Source: an uncultured Gemmatimonadaceae bacterium
GTDB taxonomy: Bacteria > Gemmatimonadota > Gemmatimonadetes > Gemmatimonadales > Gemmatimonadaceae
Direction of reading: 5' to 3'
Length of the DNA: 64,000 bases
Assembly: GCA_963781585.1 (NCBI GenBank)
Contig: CAWAGQ010000004.1
Span: 864,001-928,000 of the forward strand
Of the stretch, positions 1-10,216 are shown piece by piece; position 1 is the stretch's first letter, and each line of letters opens with the position of its first letter. The notes beneath the pieces were generated by a model, which made no database searches, was not told the origin of the DNA, and saw only the letters and a program-made list of their open reading frames with translations. The position numbers and the translations under genes were made by a program.

Positions 1-750
1 ACACAGCACGCTGCCGCCGTTGACGTTGAGCACTTCGCCGGTCACGTGTCGGGCCTGGGCAGAGCAGAGAAAGACGATTGGCGCCGCGATGTCATCGGGG
101 GTGGCGACGCGTCCAACCGGAATGGTCGCCGCGATGCGTTCGCGTCCTCCACCGGCGAAGACTTCGGCGCACATGTCGGTGTCGACCCAGCCGGGCGCGA
201 CGCAGTTGACGGTGATGTCGCGTGGTGCCACCTCGATCGCCACTGACTTCACGAACGCGATCATGGCGCCCTTGGACGCGGCGTAGTCGGCATGCATCGC
301 CTCGCCGCGCTGCCCAGCAGTACTGGCCACGAGAACCACCCGTCCCCCGGCGCCCATGCGCCGGAGCGCACTGCGCGCGGTGAAGAACATGCTGCTCACG
401 TTCTCGGCCATCGTGCGGGTCCACCGTTCATCGGACATCTCGGAGACCGCGTCTTCCTGCACCGGCCAGATACCGGCGTTCCCCACGAAGATGTCCAGTC
501 CACCGAATTCGCGATCGAGGCGCGCGAACAGCGCCTCGACTCCGTCGGGGTGAGACAGATCGCCTCCCTGCGAAAACGCCCGGACTCCTCCGGCCGCGAG
601 ATCACGCACGATCGCTTCGGCCGGCGCGGCGCGGGTTCGATAGGATATCGCGACGTCCGCCCCGCAGGCGGCCAGCAGGCGCGACGTGGCGGCGCCAATG
701 CCGCGCGATCCACCCGTGACGAGGGCCCTTCTTCCCTTGAGATCGATCAT
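1..750 (-). CDS. SDR family oxidoreductase (FabG-like), 3' end runs off window
   Basis: Manual translation from ATG at 750: MIDLKGRRALVTGGSRGIG (TGxxxGIG NAD(P) motif), YAASKG (YxxxK), ending ...VTGEVLNVNGGSVLC at position 1. Missing from the ORF track because no stop lies in the window. Confidence 0.9.
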   Translation of the reverse strand, partial: MIDLKGRRALVTGGSRGIGAATSRLLAACGADVAISYRTRAAPAEAIVRDLAAGGVRAFSQGGDLSHPDGVEALFARLDREFGGLDIFVGNAGIWPVQEDAVSEMSDERWTRTMAENVSSMFFTARSALRRMGAGGRVVLVASTAGQRGEAMHADYAASKGAMIAFVKSVAIEVAPRDITVNCVAPGWVDTDMCAEVFAGGGRERIAATIPVGRVATPDDIAAPIVFLCSAQARHVTGEVLNVNGGSVLC

Positions 751-760
751 TGCGCTGCGC

Positions 761-1345
761 TCACAGCTGGTCTTCCACGAGCTCGCAGATGATGTGTTCG
801 ATGCAGAGGTGAAGTTCCTGCGCCCGGTCGGTGCGTGGCGTCGGAACCACGATGGTGTGGGTAGCGATGTCGCGAATACGACCTCCACTGCCGGCAGTGA
901 GTGCCAGCACGTCGACGTGCTGCGCACGCGCGGCTTCCACGGCGCGCAGGATGTTCTGGGAGTTGCCGCTCGTGGTGTGCACGATCAGCAGGTCACCGGG
1001 CACAGCGAGAGCCTCGACCTGGCGCGCGAAGATTTCCTCGAAACCAAAGTCGTTGCCGGCCGCGGTCAGCAGCGAGGTATCGGTGGTGAGCGCAACCGCC
1101 CTCAGCGGCCGGCGCGTGAGGATGTAGCGCACGACGTACTCGGCGGCGACGTGCTGCGCGTCGGCGGCACTGCCGCCATTGCCGCAGAAAAACAGCGTGC
1201 CACTGCGGCTCAGGGTCGCGCGGACCATCGCCGCCGCGCGCGCGATGTCGTCAGGCAGCTGGGTCGCGGCGCGCTCGGCTGTCGCGGCAAGATCCCGCAG
1301 TCTGGTTACGATCCGCTCGCGCATCGCGCGCTCGTCGAAAGTCAT
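761..1345 (-). CDS. gmhA: D-sedoheptulose 7-phosphate isomerase (SIS domain)
   Basis: Motifs FCGNGGSAADAQH, GNDFGFEEIFARQVEAL, TTSGNSQN, QELHLCIEH. Start set at MTFDER (ORF track extends to 1390). Confidence 0.9.
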   Translation of the reverse strand: MTFDERAMRERIVTRLRDLAATAERAATQLPDDIARAAAMVRATLSRSGTLFFCGNGGSAADAQHVAAEYVVRYILTRRPLRAVALTTDTSLLTAAGNDFGFEEIFARQVEALAVPGDLLIVHTTSGNSQNILRAVEAARAQHVDVLALTAGSGGRIRDIATHTIVVPTPRTDRAQELHLCIEHIICELVEDQL

Positions 1346-1355
1346 GGCTTCTCCC

Positions 1356-2129
1356 TCAGGTGGCGCCGTCCTGTCGCCGCCGCCCGCCAAACCAGGCCTT
1401 CAGCCGCTCCACCATCCCGGAGCGCATACGGACCGGGGCCACCGCTGCCGGCGGGCGGTCGTCGAGCAGGCGCCGAGGGTTCTCGTGCGTCAGCCACTCC
1501 GCCTGTTCACCCGCATCAATCTCTTCCAGCCACTGCCGTACTGTCGAGAGCGACCGCCGGTCGCCGTGATTGTCGCTGGCCAGGATATGCACCAACCCGT
1601 CGGCAAGCATCGCGCGGGCGAAGTCGGCCATCGGCCCGGCGGTGATCACCGCGGTTGCGTCGGTCTGAACGAACGCGCCGAGCTCGTGCCACCCGCGAAG
1701 CGTCTCCAGCGTGCACCCCGCGTATCGCTCGGGGTGCGCCACCACCGGTACGATGCCCGTCCTGCGCAGCCGCACGAGCTCCTCGGTGGCCCAACCTGGC
1801 AGCCCCCGGCGCGGGAACTCCACGAGCCGCGCCTTCGAGTTGCCGAGCGCGAGCCGTGGCGAACGCAGATCCTCTCCCCCGCGATCCAGCATGATCTCCC
1901 AGCCGGGGTACAGCTCCAGCTCCGGTCGGGCGCGCGCCCGCAACTCCTCGAGCAACCCGACATGCTTGTCCACCGGCGCCCAGGTCGCCTGCGACGCGTT
2001 GAGGTGTGGGGTGCACACCACTGCCATCACTCCTTCGTCGGCCATTCGCTCCAGCACCAGCAGGGAATGCTCGATGGTCGGCGAGCCGTCGTCGACGCCG
2101 GGAAGGAGGTGCGTATGGATGTCGATCAC
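1356..2129 (-). CDS. CpsB/CapC/YwqE-family PHP tyrosine-protein phosphatase
   Basis: IDIHTHLLPGVDDGS, CTPH, VAHPERY, LASDNH motifs. GTG start overlaps the upstream TGA (GTGA). Confidence 0.88.
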   Translation of the reverse strand: MIDIHTHLLPGVDDGSPTIEHSLLVLERMADEGVMAVVCTPHLNASQATWAPVDKHVGLLEELRARARPELELYPGWEIMLDRGGEDLRSPRLALGNSKARLVEFPRRGLPGWATEELVRLRRTGIVPVVAHPERYAGCTLETLRGWHELGAFVQTDATAVITAGPMADFARAMLADGLVHILASDNHGDRRSLSTVRQWLEEIDAGEQAEWLTHENPRRLLDDRPPAAVAPVRMRSGMVERLKAWFGGRRRQDGAT

Positions 2130-2470
2130 GCCCGTGGGGCAAGCGCCGACAACCGCACCATGACGTCCGCTGCGAGTTCGGGGATGCGCTCGGGTTCGCC
2201 GGCGCACGCCTCGAAGCCGTAGGTCACGAGCGCGTCGATCGCGAGCAGATCGAGCGCGGCGGCGCGCGCCGTTCCATCTCCCGAGAGCAGCATGGCGAGG
2301 CCCTGTTGCGCCGCGACCAGACACTGACCAGCCACGCCGCCCGGCGCTCCCTCGAACGGAGACGCGAGCGTCAACATTCGCTGCCGGAGTGCGGTGGGAG
2401 CAGACGGATGGCGCGTCTGCATCCACGCCTTCAGGTTTCCCGCGGCATTCGCCGAGGCCACTCGACTCAT
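2126..2470 (-). CDS. hypothetical protein (114 aa, predicted helical)
   Basis: Fills the gap between alaS and the phosphatase exactly, with 4-bp overlaps at both ends. No motif recognised. Confidence 0.7.
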   Translation of the reverse strand: MSRVASANAAGNLKAWMQTRHPSAPTALRQRMLTLASPFEGAPGGVAGQCLVAAQQGLAMLLSGDGTARAAALDLLAIDALVTYGFEACAGEPERIPELAADVMVRLSALAPRA

Positions 2471-5379
2471 GATGTCGTTCCCATGAGGTCACGGACCACG
2501 GACGGTAGCATCGCCAACGCTTCGGGAAGGCGCGCGGCGTCTGGAATCCCGGCCTGCGCCATGTGAGGCTTTCCGCCGCCACGTCCGCCAGCGGCAGTGG
2601 CCAGCGCGCGCAACACCGCGTCGGCGCGGACGCCACGATCCCGCGCCGCGTCGGTGGCAACCACCAGCAGCGTCGACTTGCCGTCGGTGAACGTTGCGGC
2701 CAGCGCCGCCACGCCCGCGCCCATCTGTTCCCGCAGGGCGTCGCCTAACGTCTGCAGGGCCCGGACATCGTCGGCCGATACCGTGGCGCCCACGACTTTC
2801 ATTCCGTCCACCTGGGCGGCGGACGAAAGCAGCCGCCGCACCTCGTCGGTTCCGCCACGGAGCGCATCCTCCAGCCGCTTCTCCAGCGCCCGCCGGTCTT
2901 CCACGATCGCCTCAGCGCGCTTCACCACCGTGTCCGGAGTTGCCTTCAGCAGGTCAGATACCCGCAGCAGGCTTCGGTCCCTCTGGCGCAGCCATTCGAA
3001 CGCGCGCGGGCCGGTCAGTGCTTCGATCCGGCGCACGCCTGCCGCCACTCCGGTTTCGCCGATGATGTGGAAGAGCCCGATCTGGGCCGTGTTCCGGACG
3101 TGTGTACCACCACACAGCTCGAGCGAGATGCCGGGAATGCGAACGACGCGCACCACCGCCCCGTACTTCTCGCCGAACAACGCCATCGCACCCTCGGACC
3201 TGGCCTCTTCGAGCGGCTTCTCCTCGAAGAGTACGTCGGCGCCCGCCCAGATCGAGCGATTGACCCGCTCCTCGACGTCTTCCAGGGCTTCCGCACTCAC
3301 GGGTCCGTGGTGCGTGAAGTCGAAGCGCAGCCGGTCCGGAGCGACGAGGGATCCCGCCTGATGCACGCCCTTGCCCAGCACCGCCTGCAACGCCGCCTGC
3401 AACAGGTGAGTCGCCGTGTGGTTCCGCTCGGTGTCGCGCCGCCGATCGGTCGGCACGCGCGCCACCGCGGTGCCGAAATGCAGCGTCCCCGTGAGCCGAC
3501 CGATCGCCGCGTTTCGACCCTGGATCTTGCGCACGTCCTCGACGTCCACGCGCCAGCCGTCACCGACGATCTCCCCGCCGTCAGAGATCTGCCCACCGGA
3601 CTCGGCGTAGAACGGCGTCTCGCGCAGCAGCACCGCCACGCGCCCATCGTCGAGGTGTCGCACGGCCGTCACCTCGGATTCCACCTCGACGCTGTCGTAG
3701 CCCACGAACCTGGCGTCGGGCAGGCCCGATCCGGGGTGCGGCGCTGTATCGGAGTGACCAGCCACTTCACCTCGTCCGTCGGCGCTGTCGCCGGGGCCAG
3801 CGGGTGGTTTCACCGCCGGCAACCCGGGGCGAAGTGGGGTGCCGGCAGGGATCGATGCCGGCGTCCGTACCTTCCACTTCAATTCATCCGCCAGCTCGTC
3901 GCCGGACACCCCGAGCTTCCTGGACTTTCGCTCCTCCTGCGACTGCACGCGCTGCGCCTCGAGCGCCGTCTCGAACCCCGAGATGTCGACCGTGTAGCCG
4001 CGCTCGCGCGCCATCAGCTCGGTGAGGTCGATCGGGAACCCGTACGTGTCGTACAGCCGGAAGGCGTCTTCGCCGCTCACGGTGCCACGGATCTGGCTGG
4101 AACCCTGCGTGGTGTGTTCCGGTGCGACCTCCTCGAAGCGTTTCATCCCCGCGTCGATCGTTGTCAGAAAGCGCTCCTCCTCGGCGCGCGTCGTCTCGGT
4201 GATGTGCGTCGCGCGCTGATCCAGCTCAGGGTAGACGTCGCCCATCAGCTCGATGACCTTCGCCACGATCTGCACCAGCGTCGGCTCGCGACGGCCCAAT
4301 AGCCAGGCATGACGCACCGCGCGACGCAGGATCCGGCGCAGCACGTACCCTCGTCCGTCGTTGGAGGGGAAGACGCCATCGGCCAGGAGGAACGCGACGG
4401 CTCGGGCGTGGTCGGCGATCACACGAAACGAGGCCGGGGTGACGGCATTTGGCACCACCGAAAGGCCGCCCTTCGCACCCCGCACGGCGATCCCCGTGCG
4501 GCTCTCGTCGCTCTCGCGGCCCCAATATTCGATACCGACGGCGTGCTCGACGGCCGCGATGAGCGGCGCGAAGACGTCGGTGTGAAAGATCATCGTCACG
4601 CCCTGCGTGAGCGCGGCAATGCGCTCGAGCCCGGCGCCGGTGTCGACCGAAGGCCGCGGAAGGGGCACCAGCGTGCCATCCGCCTGCCTGTCGTACTGCA
4701 TGAACACGAGGTTCCAGAACTCCAGGAACCGATCGTTCTCCGAACCCGCGACGAACGCGTCGAGTGAGAACTCGTCGCGGTCCAGTTCCGTCCACTCGCC
4801 CACCACGCCGTCCGGAACGCTCCAGTCACCGGCAACATGGGCCACATCGACGAAGATCTCGGAGCACGGACCGCATGGTCCCGTGTCGGCCATTTGCCAG
4901 AAATTGTCCGAGTCGCCCAGTCCGTAGATCCGCGAATCGGGCAGACCGGCGATCTCACGCCAGAGCGCGCGCGCCTCTTCGTCGCTGTGATGCACGGTGA
5001 CCCGGAGATACTTCGGGTCGAGCTTCAGCTCGGTGGTCACGAACTCCCACGCGAAGCGGATCGCATCGCGCTTGAAGTAGTCGCCGAACGAGAAGTTGCC
5101 CAGCATCTCGAAGAAAGTGAGGTGCCTGGCAGTGTGTCCCACCTGCTCGAGGTCGTTGTGCTTTCCGCCGGCGCGAACGCACTTCTGGGAAGTGGCGGCG
5201 CGTCGTCCGAACGGCGTCGTCTCCAGTCCGAGAAAGACCTTCTTGAACTGCACCATGCCCGCGTTGGTGAAGAGCAGCGTGGGATCGTCCGCGGGCACGA
5301 GAGAGGAGCTCGGGCGCACGGCGTGGCCATTGCGTTCGAAGTAGCCAAGGAAGCGCGTGCGGATCTCGTTGGCGAGCAT
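2467..5379 (-). CDS. alaS: alanine--tRNA ligase
   Basis: DPTLLFTNAGMVQFK, HLTFFEMLGNFSFGDYFK, editing-domain HTATHLL and ELCGGTH, C-terminal GGRGGGKPHMAQAG. Confidence 0.98.
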   Translation of the reverse strand: MLANEIRTRFLGYFERNGHAVRPSSSLVPADDPTLLFTNAGMVQFKKVFLGLETTPFGRRAATSQKCVRAGGKHNDLEQVGHTARHLTFFEMLGNFSFGDYFKRDAIRFAWEFVTTELKLDPKYLRVTVHHSDEEARALWREIAGLPDSRIYGLGDSDNFWQMADTGPCGPCSEIFVDVAHVAGDWSVPDGVVGEWTELDRDEFSLDAFVAGSENDRFLEFWNLVFMQYDRQADGTLVPLPRPSVDTGAGLERIAALTQGVTMIFHTDVFAPLIAAVEHAVGIEYWGRESDESRTGIAVRGAKGGLSVVPNAVTPASFRVIADHARAVAFLLADGVFPSNDGRGYVLRRILRRAVRHAWLLGRREPTLVQIVAKVIELMGDVYPELDQRATHITETTRAEEERFLTTIDAGMKRFEEVAPEHTTQGSSQIRGTVSGEDAFRLYDTYGFPIDLTELMARERGYTVDISGFETALEAQRVQSQEERKSRKLGVSGDELADELKWKVRTPASIPAGTPLRPGLPAVKPPAGPGDSADGRGEVAGHSDTAPHPGSGLPDARFVGYDSVEVESEVTAVRHLDDGRVAVLLRETPFYAESGGQISDGGEIVGDGWRVDVEDVRKIQGRNAAIGRLTGTLHFGTAVARVPTDRRRDTERNHTATHLLQAALQAVLGKGVHQAGSLVAPDRLRFDFTHHGPVSAEALEDVEERVNRSIWAGADVLFEEKPLEEARSEGAMALFGEKYGAVVRVVRIPGISLELCGGTHVRNTAQIGLFHIIGETGVAAGVRRIEALTGPRAFEWLRQRDRSLLRVSDLLKATPDTVVKRAEAIVEDRRALEKRLEDALRGGTDEVRRLLSSAAQVDGMKVVGATVSADDVRALQTLGDALREQMGAGVAALAATFTDGKSTLLVVATDAARDRGVRADAVLRALATAAGGRGGGKPHMAQAGIPDAARLPEALAMLPSVVRDLMGTTS

Positions 5380-5386
5380 AGAGGCA

Positions 5387-5392
5387 AATATA
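5387..5392 (-). promoter_or_regulatory. putative -10 element of a leaderless alaS transcript
   Basis: TATATT-N7-ATG on the minus strand, with no SD between the hexamer and the start codon. Confidence 0.5.
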
Positions 5393-5407
5393 CGAGGAAG
5401 CGGCCAG

Positions 5408-6082
5408 TTAGCCGGGAGCGTGGCCGCCGGTCACCTCGCGTACGACGCGTCCCACGACGTCCGCCTGGTAGCCGCGTCGCGCGAGAAAGGCGTACAGACG
5501 CCGGCGGCGCGTCAGCAGGTCAACCGAGGCGAGTGTGGCCAGCCGCTTCTTCGCGGCCGCCAGCGCGCCGCCGTACTCGTCGACCTCGACGTCCTCCACC
5601 GCGGCTTCGATGGCGGCGGCGGCCACGCTCGGCGCCACACCGCGGCGGAACAGCTCGTCGCCGACTCGGCGGCGGGAGATGCCGCGCGCGAACCGGGACT
5701 CGGCGAACTGGCGCGCGAAGACCGCATCGTCCAGATAGCCGTACTTCTCGAGCCGGTCACTGACCCACGCCAGGTCACCCTTGAGCGCGCCGGTCCGCGC
5801 GAGCCTCAGGCGCAGTTCGCGCGCCGAGCGCGCGCGAACTGCGAGCAGGTTCATTGCTCGATCGAGCAGAGCGAATCTCCGGTCCGCGGTCCGCAGGGCG
5901 CGCAGCACCGCTCCGTCGACGGAACTCCCGACGCGCAGCCCGAGGTCGGCGATCGTCTCGACGCTCACCACTCCCGCCTGAACGCCATCGATCTCGACGA
6001 CAAAGCGCCCGCGCCGTCTGACGTGCTCGACAAGGGCGCTTACCGTACCGGGGTGCGCGTCCGGGGGCGAGGAGCGTGGCAT
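5408..6082 (-). CDS. recX: regulatory protein RecX
   Basis: Directly downstream of recA. RARSARELRLRL, GYLDDAVFA, AFLARRGY helical-repeat motifs. Confidence 0.9.
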   Translation of the reverse strand: MPRSSPPDAHPGTVSALVEHVRRRGRFVVEIDGVQAGVVSVETIADLGLRVGSSVDGAVLRALRTADRRFALLDRAMNLLAVRARSARELRLRLARTGALKGDLAWVSDRLEKYGYLDDAVFARQFAESRFARGISRRRVGDELFRRGVAPSVAAAAIEAAVEDVEVDEYGGALAAAKKRLATLASVDLLTRRRRLYAFLARRGYQADVVGRVVREVTGGHAPG

Positions 6083-6107
6083 GCGTAGAAGCCGTGCGCT
6101 GAGCCTG

Positions 6108-6193
6108 AGAAGAAAATGAAGAGGCCGGAGGGAAGCCCTTTGAGCAAAGCGGCGTACCGGGCGCCAACTTCCTCAGAGAACAACCCTCCGGCC
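6108..6193 (-). terminator. long imperfect hairpin plus pyrimidine/U-rich tail between recA and recX (terminator/attenuator)
   Basis: Outer stem GGCCGGAGGG (6123-6132) / CCCTCCGGCC (6184-6193). Inner pairings use G-U wobbles on the minus strand. Followed by UCUUCAUUUUCUUCU. Confidence 0.65.
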
Positions 6194-6230
6194 CCGACGT
6201 CGTGCGGGCCGCCCACCGTACTGGCCTGCG

Positions 6231-7277
<1,047 letters not shown>

Positions 7278-7361
7278 GCATCACCCATTGAGTTTGACAG
7301 GTTGAGAACCTGGCCACGCGGGAATTTACCGGATGGCCGGAAAACGACGATACCCCCGAAC

Positions 7362-7390
7362 AAAATACGAAGCTACCCCCCTGCCATCAA
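7362..7390 (-). promoter_or_regulatory. putative sigma70 promoter of recA, overlapped by a candidate operator
   Basis: TTGATG-N17-TATTTT on the minus strand. A CTTC-N7-GTTC direct repeat overlaps the -10. Confidence 0.55.
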
Positions 7391-7761
7391 CCTCCCCCCG
7401 CCAGCGAAAATGCGTCTTCCAGATGCCGGATCCGGACTCGTCCGTTGGCCACGAGCACTCCGATCACGTCGAACCTGTAGTGCTCACCAGGACGTCCGTG
7501 ACGGTCGATCCAGGTGGTTGCCGAACGAATCAAGTCATTACGTTTCCGCCAGTTAACTGCCTCCGTGGGATCTCCATACTGAACTCGGGTCCGCGCCTTC
7601 ACCTCGATGAACGCGACGAGCCCGTCCCGCTCCGCAATGAGGTCAATGTCACGGTGCCCGGTACGATACCGTCGCTCGAGCACCCGCCAGCCGCGTCCAC
7701 GAAGCCAACGCTCGGCGATTCGCTCTCCGGTCACGCCGAAACGATCTGTCTGACTCGTCAC
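7387..7761 (-). CDS. yraN: YraN/UPF0102 family protein
   Basis: GERIAERWL...GWRVLERRYR...DIDLIA...FIEVKAR...RFDVIGV. GTG start preceded by TATCTT-N6. Confidence 0.9.
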   Translation of the reverse strand: MTSQTDRFGVTGERIAERWLRGRGWRVLERRYRTGHRDIDLIAERDGLVAFIEVKARTRVQYGDPTEAVNWRKRNDLIRSATTWIDRHGRPGEHYRFDVIGVLVANGRVRIRHLEDAFSLAGGG

Positions 7762-7911
7762 GGCGCGAAGATAGGGAGCGCGTGCTATCGGTGTGTCACC
7801 CTTTTGTCGCGAGCCGAAGCCTGGCACTGCGTCCGCTCGGGCCCGCCTCACTCTCCAGGACAGCGCGCGCTCAGTCTGTGATCGCGCCAACCGGCGCCGC
7901 TGGCACCGGAC

Positions 7912-10212
7912 CTACGCTTCGGGGGTCTCCGGACCGCACAGCCTGTCGAGACTCTCCAGGCCGACCAGGATATCGCGTGGCTTCGAGCCATTCGGCGGAC
8001 CCAGGACGCCGGCTGCGTGCAGCTGGTCGATGATCCGCGCCGCGCGGCCGTACCCGATGCCCAGACGACGCTGCAGGAGCGAGGTCGAACCAAGTTCGTG
8101 CTGGATGCACACTTCTGCCGCGCGGCGGAAAAGCTCGTCCCGACGGTCGTCGACCGCGTGCTGTTCGTCCTCGGACTCGGCCGCCTCCAGTGCCTCGCGC
8201 GCCCGCACCTGTTCCAGCAAGTCGGGCTCCAACCGTGCATCGTCAGCCGCGAGCCCGCGGGCCGTCAGCTCGGCCCGGCGCGCGGTACGCCGCTCTTCGT
8301 ACCACAGCATCAGCTTCTCGGTGTCTTCGCCAGGAATGAACGCGCCCTGAATACGCAGCGGCTCCGACTTTCCGGGCGGAATGAACAGCATGTCGCCATT
8401 GCCGAGCAGGGATTCGGCGCCGATTCCGTCGATGATGGTACGGCTGTCTACCTGCGACGCCACCCGGAAGGCAATGCGACTGGGGAAGTTCGCCTTGATG
8501 AGCCCCGTGATGACGTTCACGCTGGGACGCTGTGTCGCAAGCAGGAGGTGAATCCCGATCGCCCGGGCCTTCTGCGCGAGGAGCGCGAGCGGTGTTTCGA
8601 CTTCTCCCTGTACGGTCATCATCAGGTCGGCGAGTTCGTCGATCACGATGACGATGTACGGCTGAATGCCGTCGCGGTACGTGCGATCCTCGAACGCGAC
8701 GGCGGCGTTCTTCGGATGCAGCAGGTGCGCGCCCTCCTGCACGCGCTTGTTGAATTCCTGGATGTTCCGCACGGCGTTGGCGGCCAGCAGATGGTACCGG
8801 TTGTGCATCTCCATCACGGCCCACTTGAGCAACGACGCGGCGTCGCGGTTGTCGGTGACAACGCGGTAGCGCAGATGCGGCATGCGATTGTAGACCGAAA
8901 GTTCGACCATCTTGGGGTCGATCATCAGGAAACGCAGCGTCTGCGGCGTGTGCCGGTAGATCAGGCTGGTCACGATGGTGTTCACGCAGACCGACTTTCC
9001 CGAACCGGTCGCACCGGCGATCAGGAGGTGCGGCATCCTGGCGAGATCGGCTACTACCGGATGTCCCTCGAGATCCTTGCCCAACGCGATTGGCAGGGAC
9101 GCACGGGCATTCTTGTACTCGCGCGACTCCACTAGCTCACGGAACGAGACGAGCTCGGCCGACGGATTCGGCACTTCCACGCCGACCGCCCCGCGTCCCG
9201 GGATTGGGGCCACCACGCGGATGCTCGGTGCGCGCATCGCGAGAGCGAGGTCGTTGGCCAGATTCGCGAACTGGCGCACTTTCACCCCCGGCGCCGGTTC
9301 GATCTCGAATTGCGTCACCACCGGACCGGTTGTGCGGCCCACCAGTTCCCCATCGACCCGGAAGGTGCGGAGCGCGTCCATCAGCTTCTGGCCCATCGCG
9401 TCGAGCTCGCGCCGACTCACCTCCACGTTGCTTGGAGGCACCTGTGCGAGCAGATCGGTGGGTGGCACCATCTCATCGTACGAGGCGCCTTCGCCGGGAA
9501 TGGTGAGCATGCCGTCGTCCCGTCCGCCCGCATCGGAGGCGGTAGCCGAGGACCGTGCAGTGCGTTCACGCCGTCGCCGGCCCCCGAACTCCTGGATTGC
9601 CGGGGCGTCTGCTTCCCCGGTGTCAGACTCGATGCCCGGCATCTCCTGCGGAGGGGGTTCCAGCCGCTGCGCCAGCGTTGCCTCCGGAGGAACCACTCCG
9701 CTCCCGGGCGAGGAGGCGCTCCCGATGATTGCGCGGATCGGGTTCCAGCGAAGCGTCCAGGCCATCAGCACACTGCCGCCCAGGGCAAGTACGATCCATG
9801 CGCCGGCGGTACCGAATCCGGCGCGAAGGTAGTAGGCGAGAAAGCTCCCCCACAGTCCGGAAACCGGCGTCGCATCGGGATCCGCTCCGGTCGCCAGTCC
9901 CAGCCCTACGGGCAGCAGCAGCGCCAAGCCGAGCAGGAAGATCATCCACGACCGATCGGTGGACGATCTCGTTCGCCCCATCAGCCTCAGGCCGTGCACC
10001 GCTGCGGCCAGTGGCAGGAGCGCTGATGCGGCGCCGCCGACCAGAACCAGAAGCCCCTGCTTGACGCAGGCCCCCACGGGACCGAAGACCCCGCGGGCCG
10101 CGATGCAGGATTGCGTGTCGGGCAAGGGCTGCAGAAGGAGCGCGCCGGCGACGAACACCGCCAGCAGCAGGAGGGCAATGCCGGCCAGCTCCCGCCTCAG
10201 CGCAGGACTCAC
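7912..10212 (-). CDS. ftsK: DNA translocase FtsK
   Basis: N-terminal TM segments, MPHLLIAGATGSGKS, IDELADLMM, LATQRPSV, gamma domain STSLLQRRLGIGYGRAARIID. Confidence 0.97.
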   Translation of the reverse strand: MSPALRRELAGIALLLLAVFVAGALLLQPLPDTQSCIAARGVFGPVGACVKQGLLVLVGGAASALLPLAAAVHGLRLMGRTRSSTDRSWMIFLLGLALLLPVGLGLATGADPDATPVSGLWGSFLAYYLRAGFGTAGAWIVLALGGSVLMAWTLRWNPIRAIIGSASSPGSGVVPPEATLAQRLEPPPQEMPGIESDTGEADAPAIQEFGGRRRRERTARSSATASDAGGRDDGMLTIPGEGASYDEMVPPTDLLAQVPPSNVEVSRRELDAMGQKLMDALRTFRVDGELVGRTTGPVVTQFEIEPAPGVKVRQFANLANDLALAMRAPSIRVVAPIPGRGAVGVEVPNPSAELVSFRELVESREYKNARASLPIALGKDLEGHPVVADLARMPHLLIAGATGSGKSVCVNTIVTSLIYRHTPQTLRFLMIDPKMVELSVYNRMPHLRYRVVTDNRDAASLLKWAVMEMHNRYHLLAANAVRNIQEFNKRVQEGAHLLHPKNAAVAFEDRTYRDGIQPYIVIVIDELADLMMTVQGEVETPLALLAQKARAIGIHLLLATQRPSVNVITGLIKANFPSRIAFRVASQVDSRTIIDGIGAESLLGNGDMLFIPPGKSEPLRIQGAFIPGEDTEKLMLWYEERRTARRAELTARGLAADDARLEPDLLEQVRAREALEAAESEDEQHAVDDRRDELFRRAAEVCIQHELGSTSLLQRRLGIGYGRAARIIDQLHAAGVLGPPNGSKPRDILVGLESLDRLCGPETPEA

Positions 10213-10216
10213 CGCG

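Noticed and set aside
6123..6193. recA-recX hairpin as SRP RNA, 6S RNA or tRNA
   Set aside because: It lacks the SRP GGAA tetraloop and internal-loop motif, is too short for 6S, and forms no cloverleaf.
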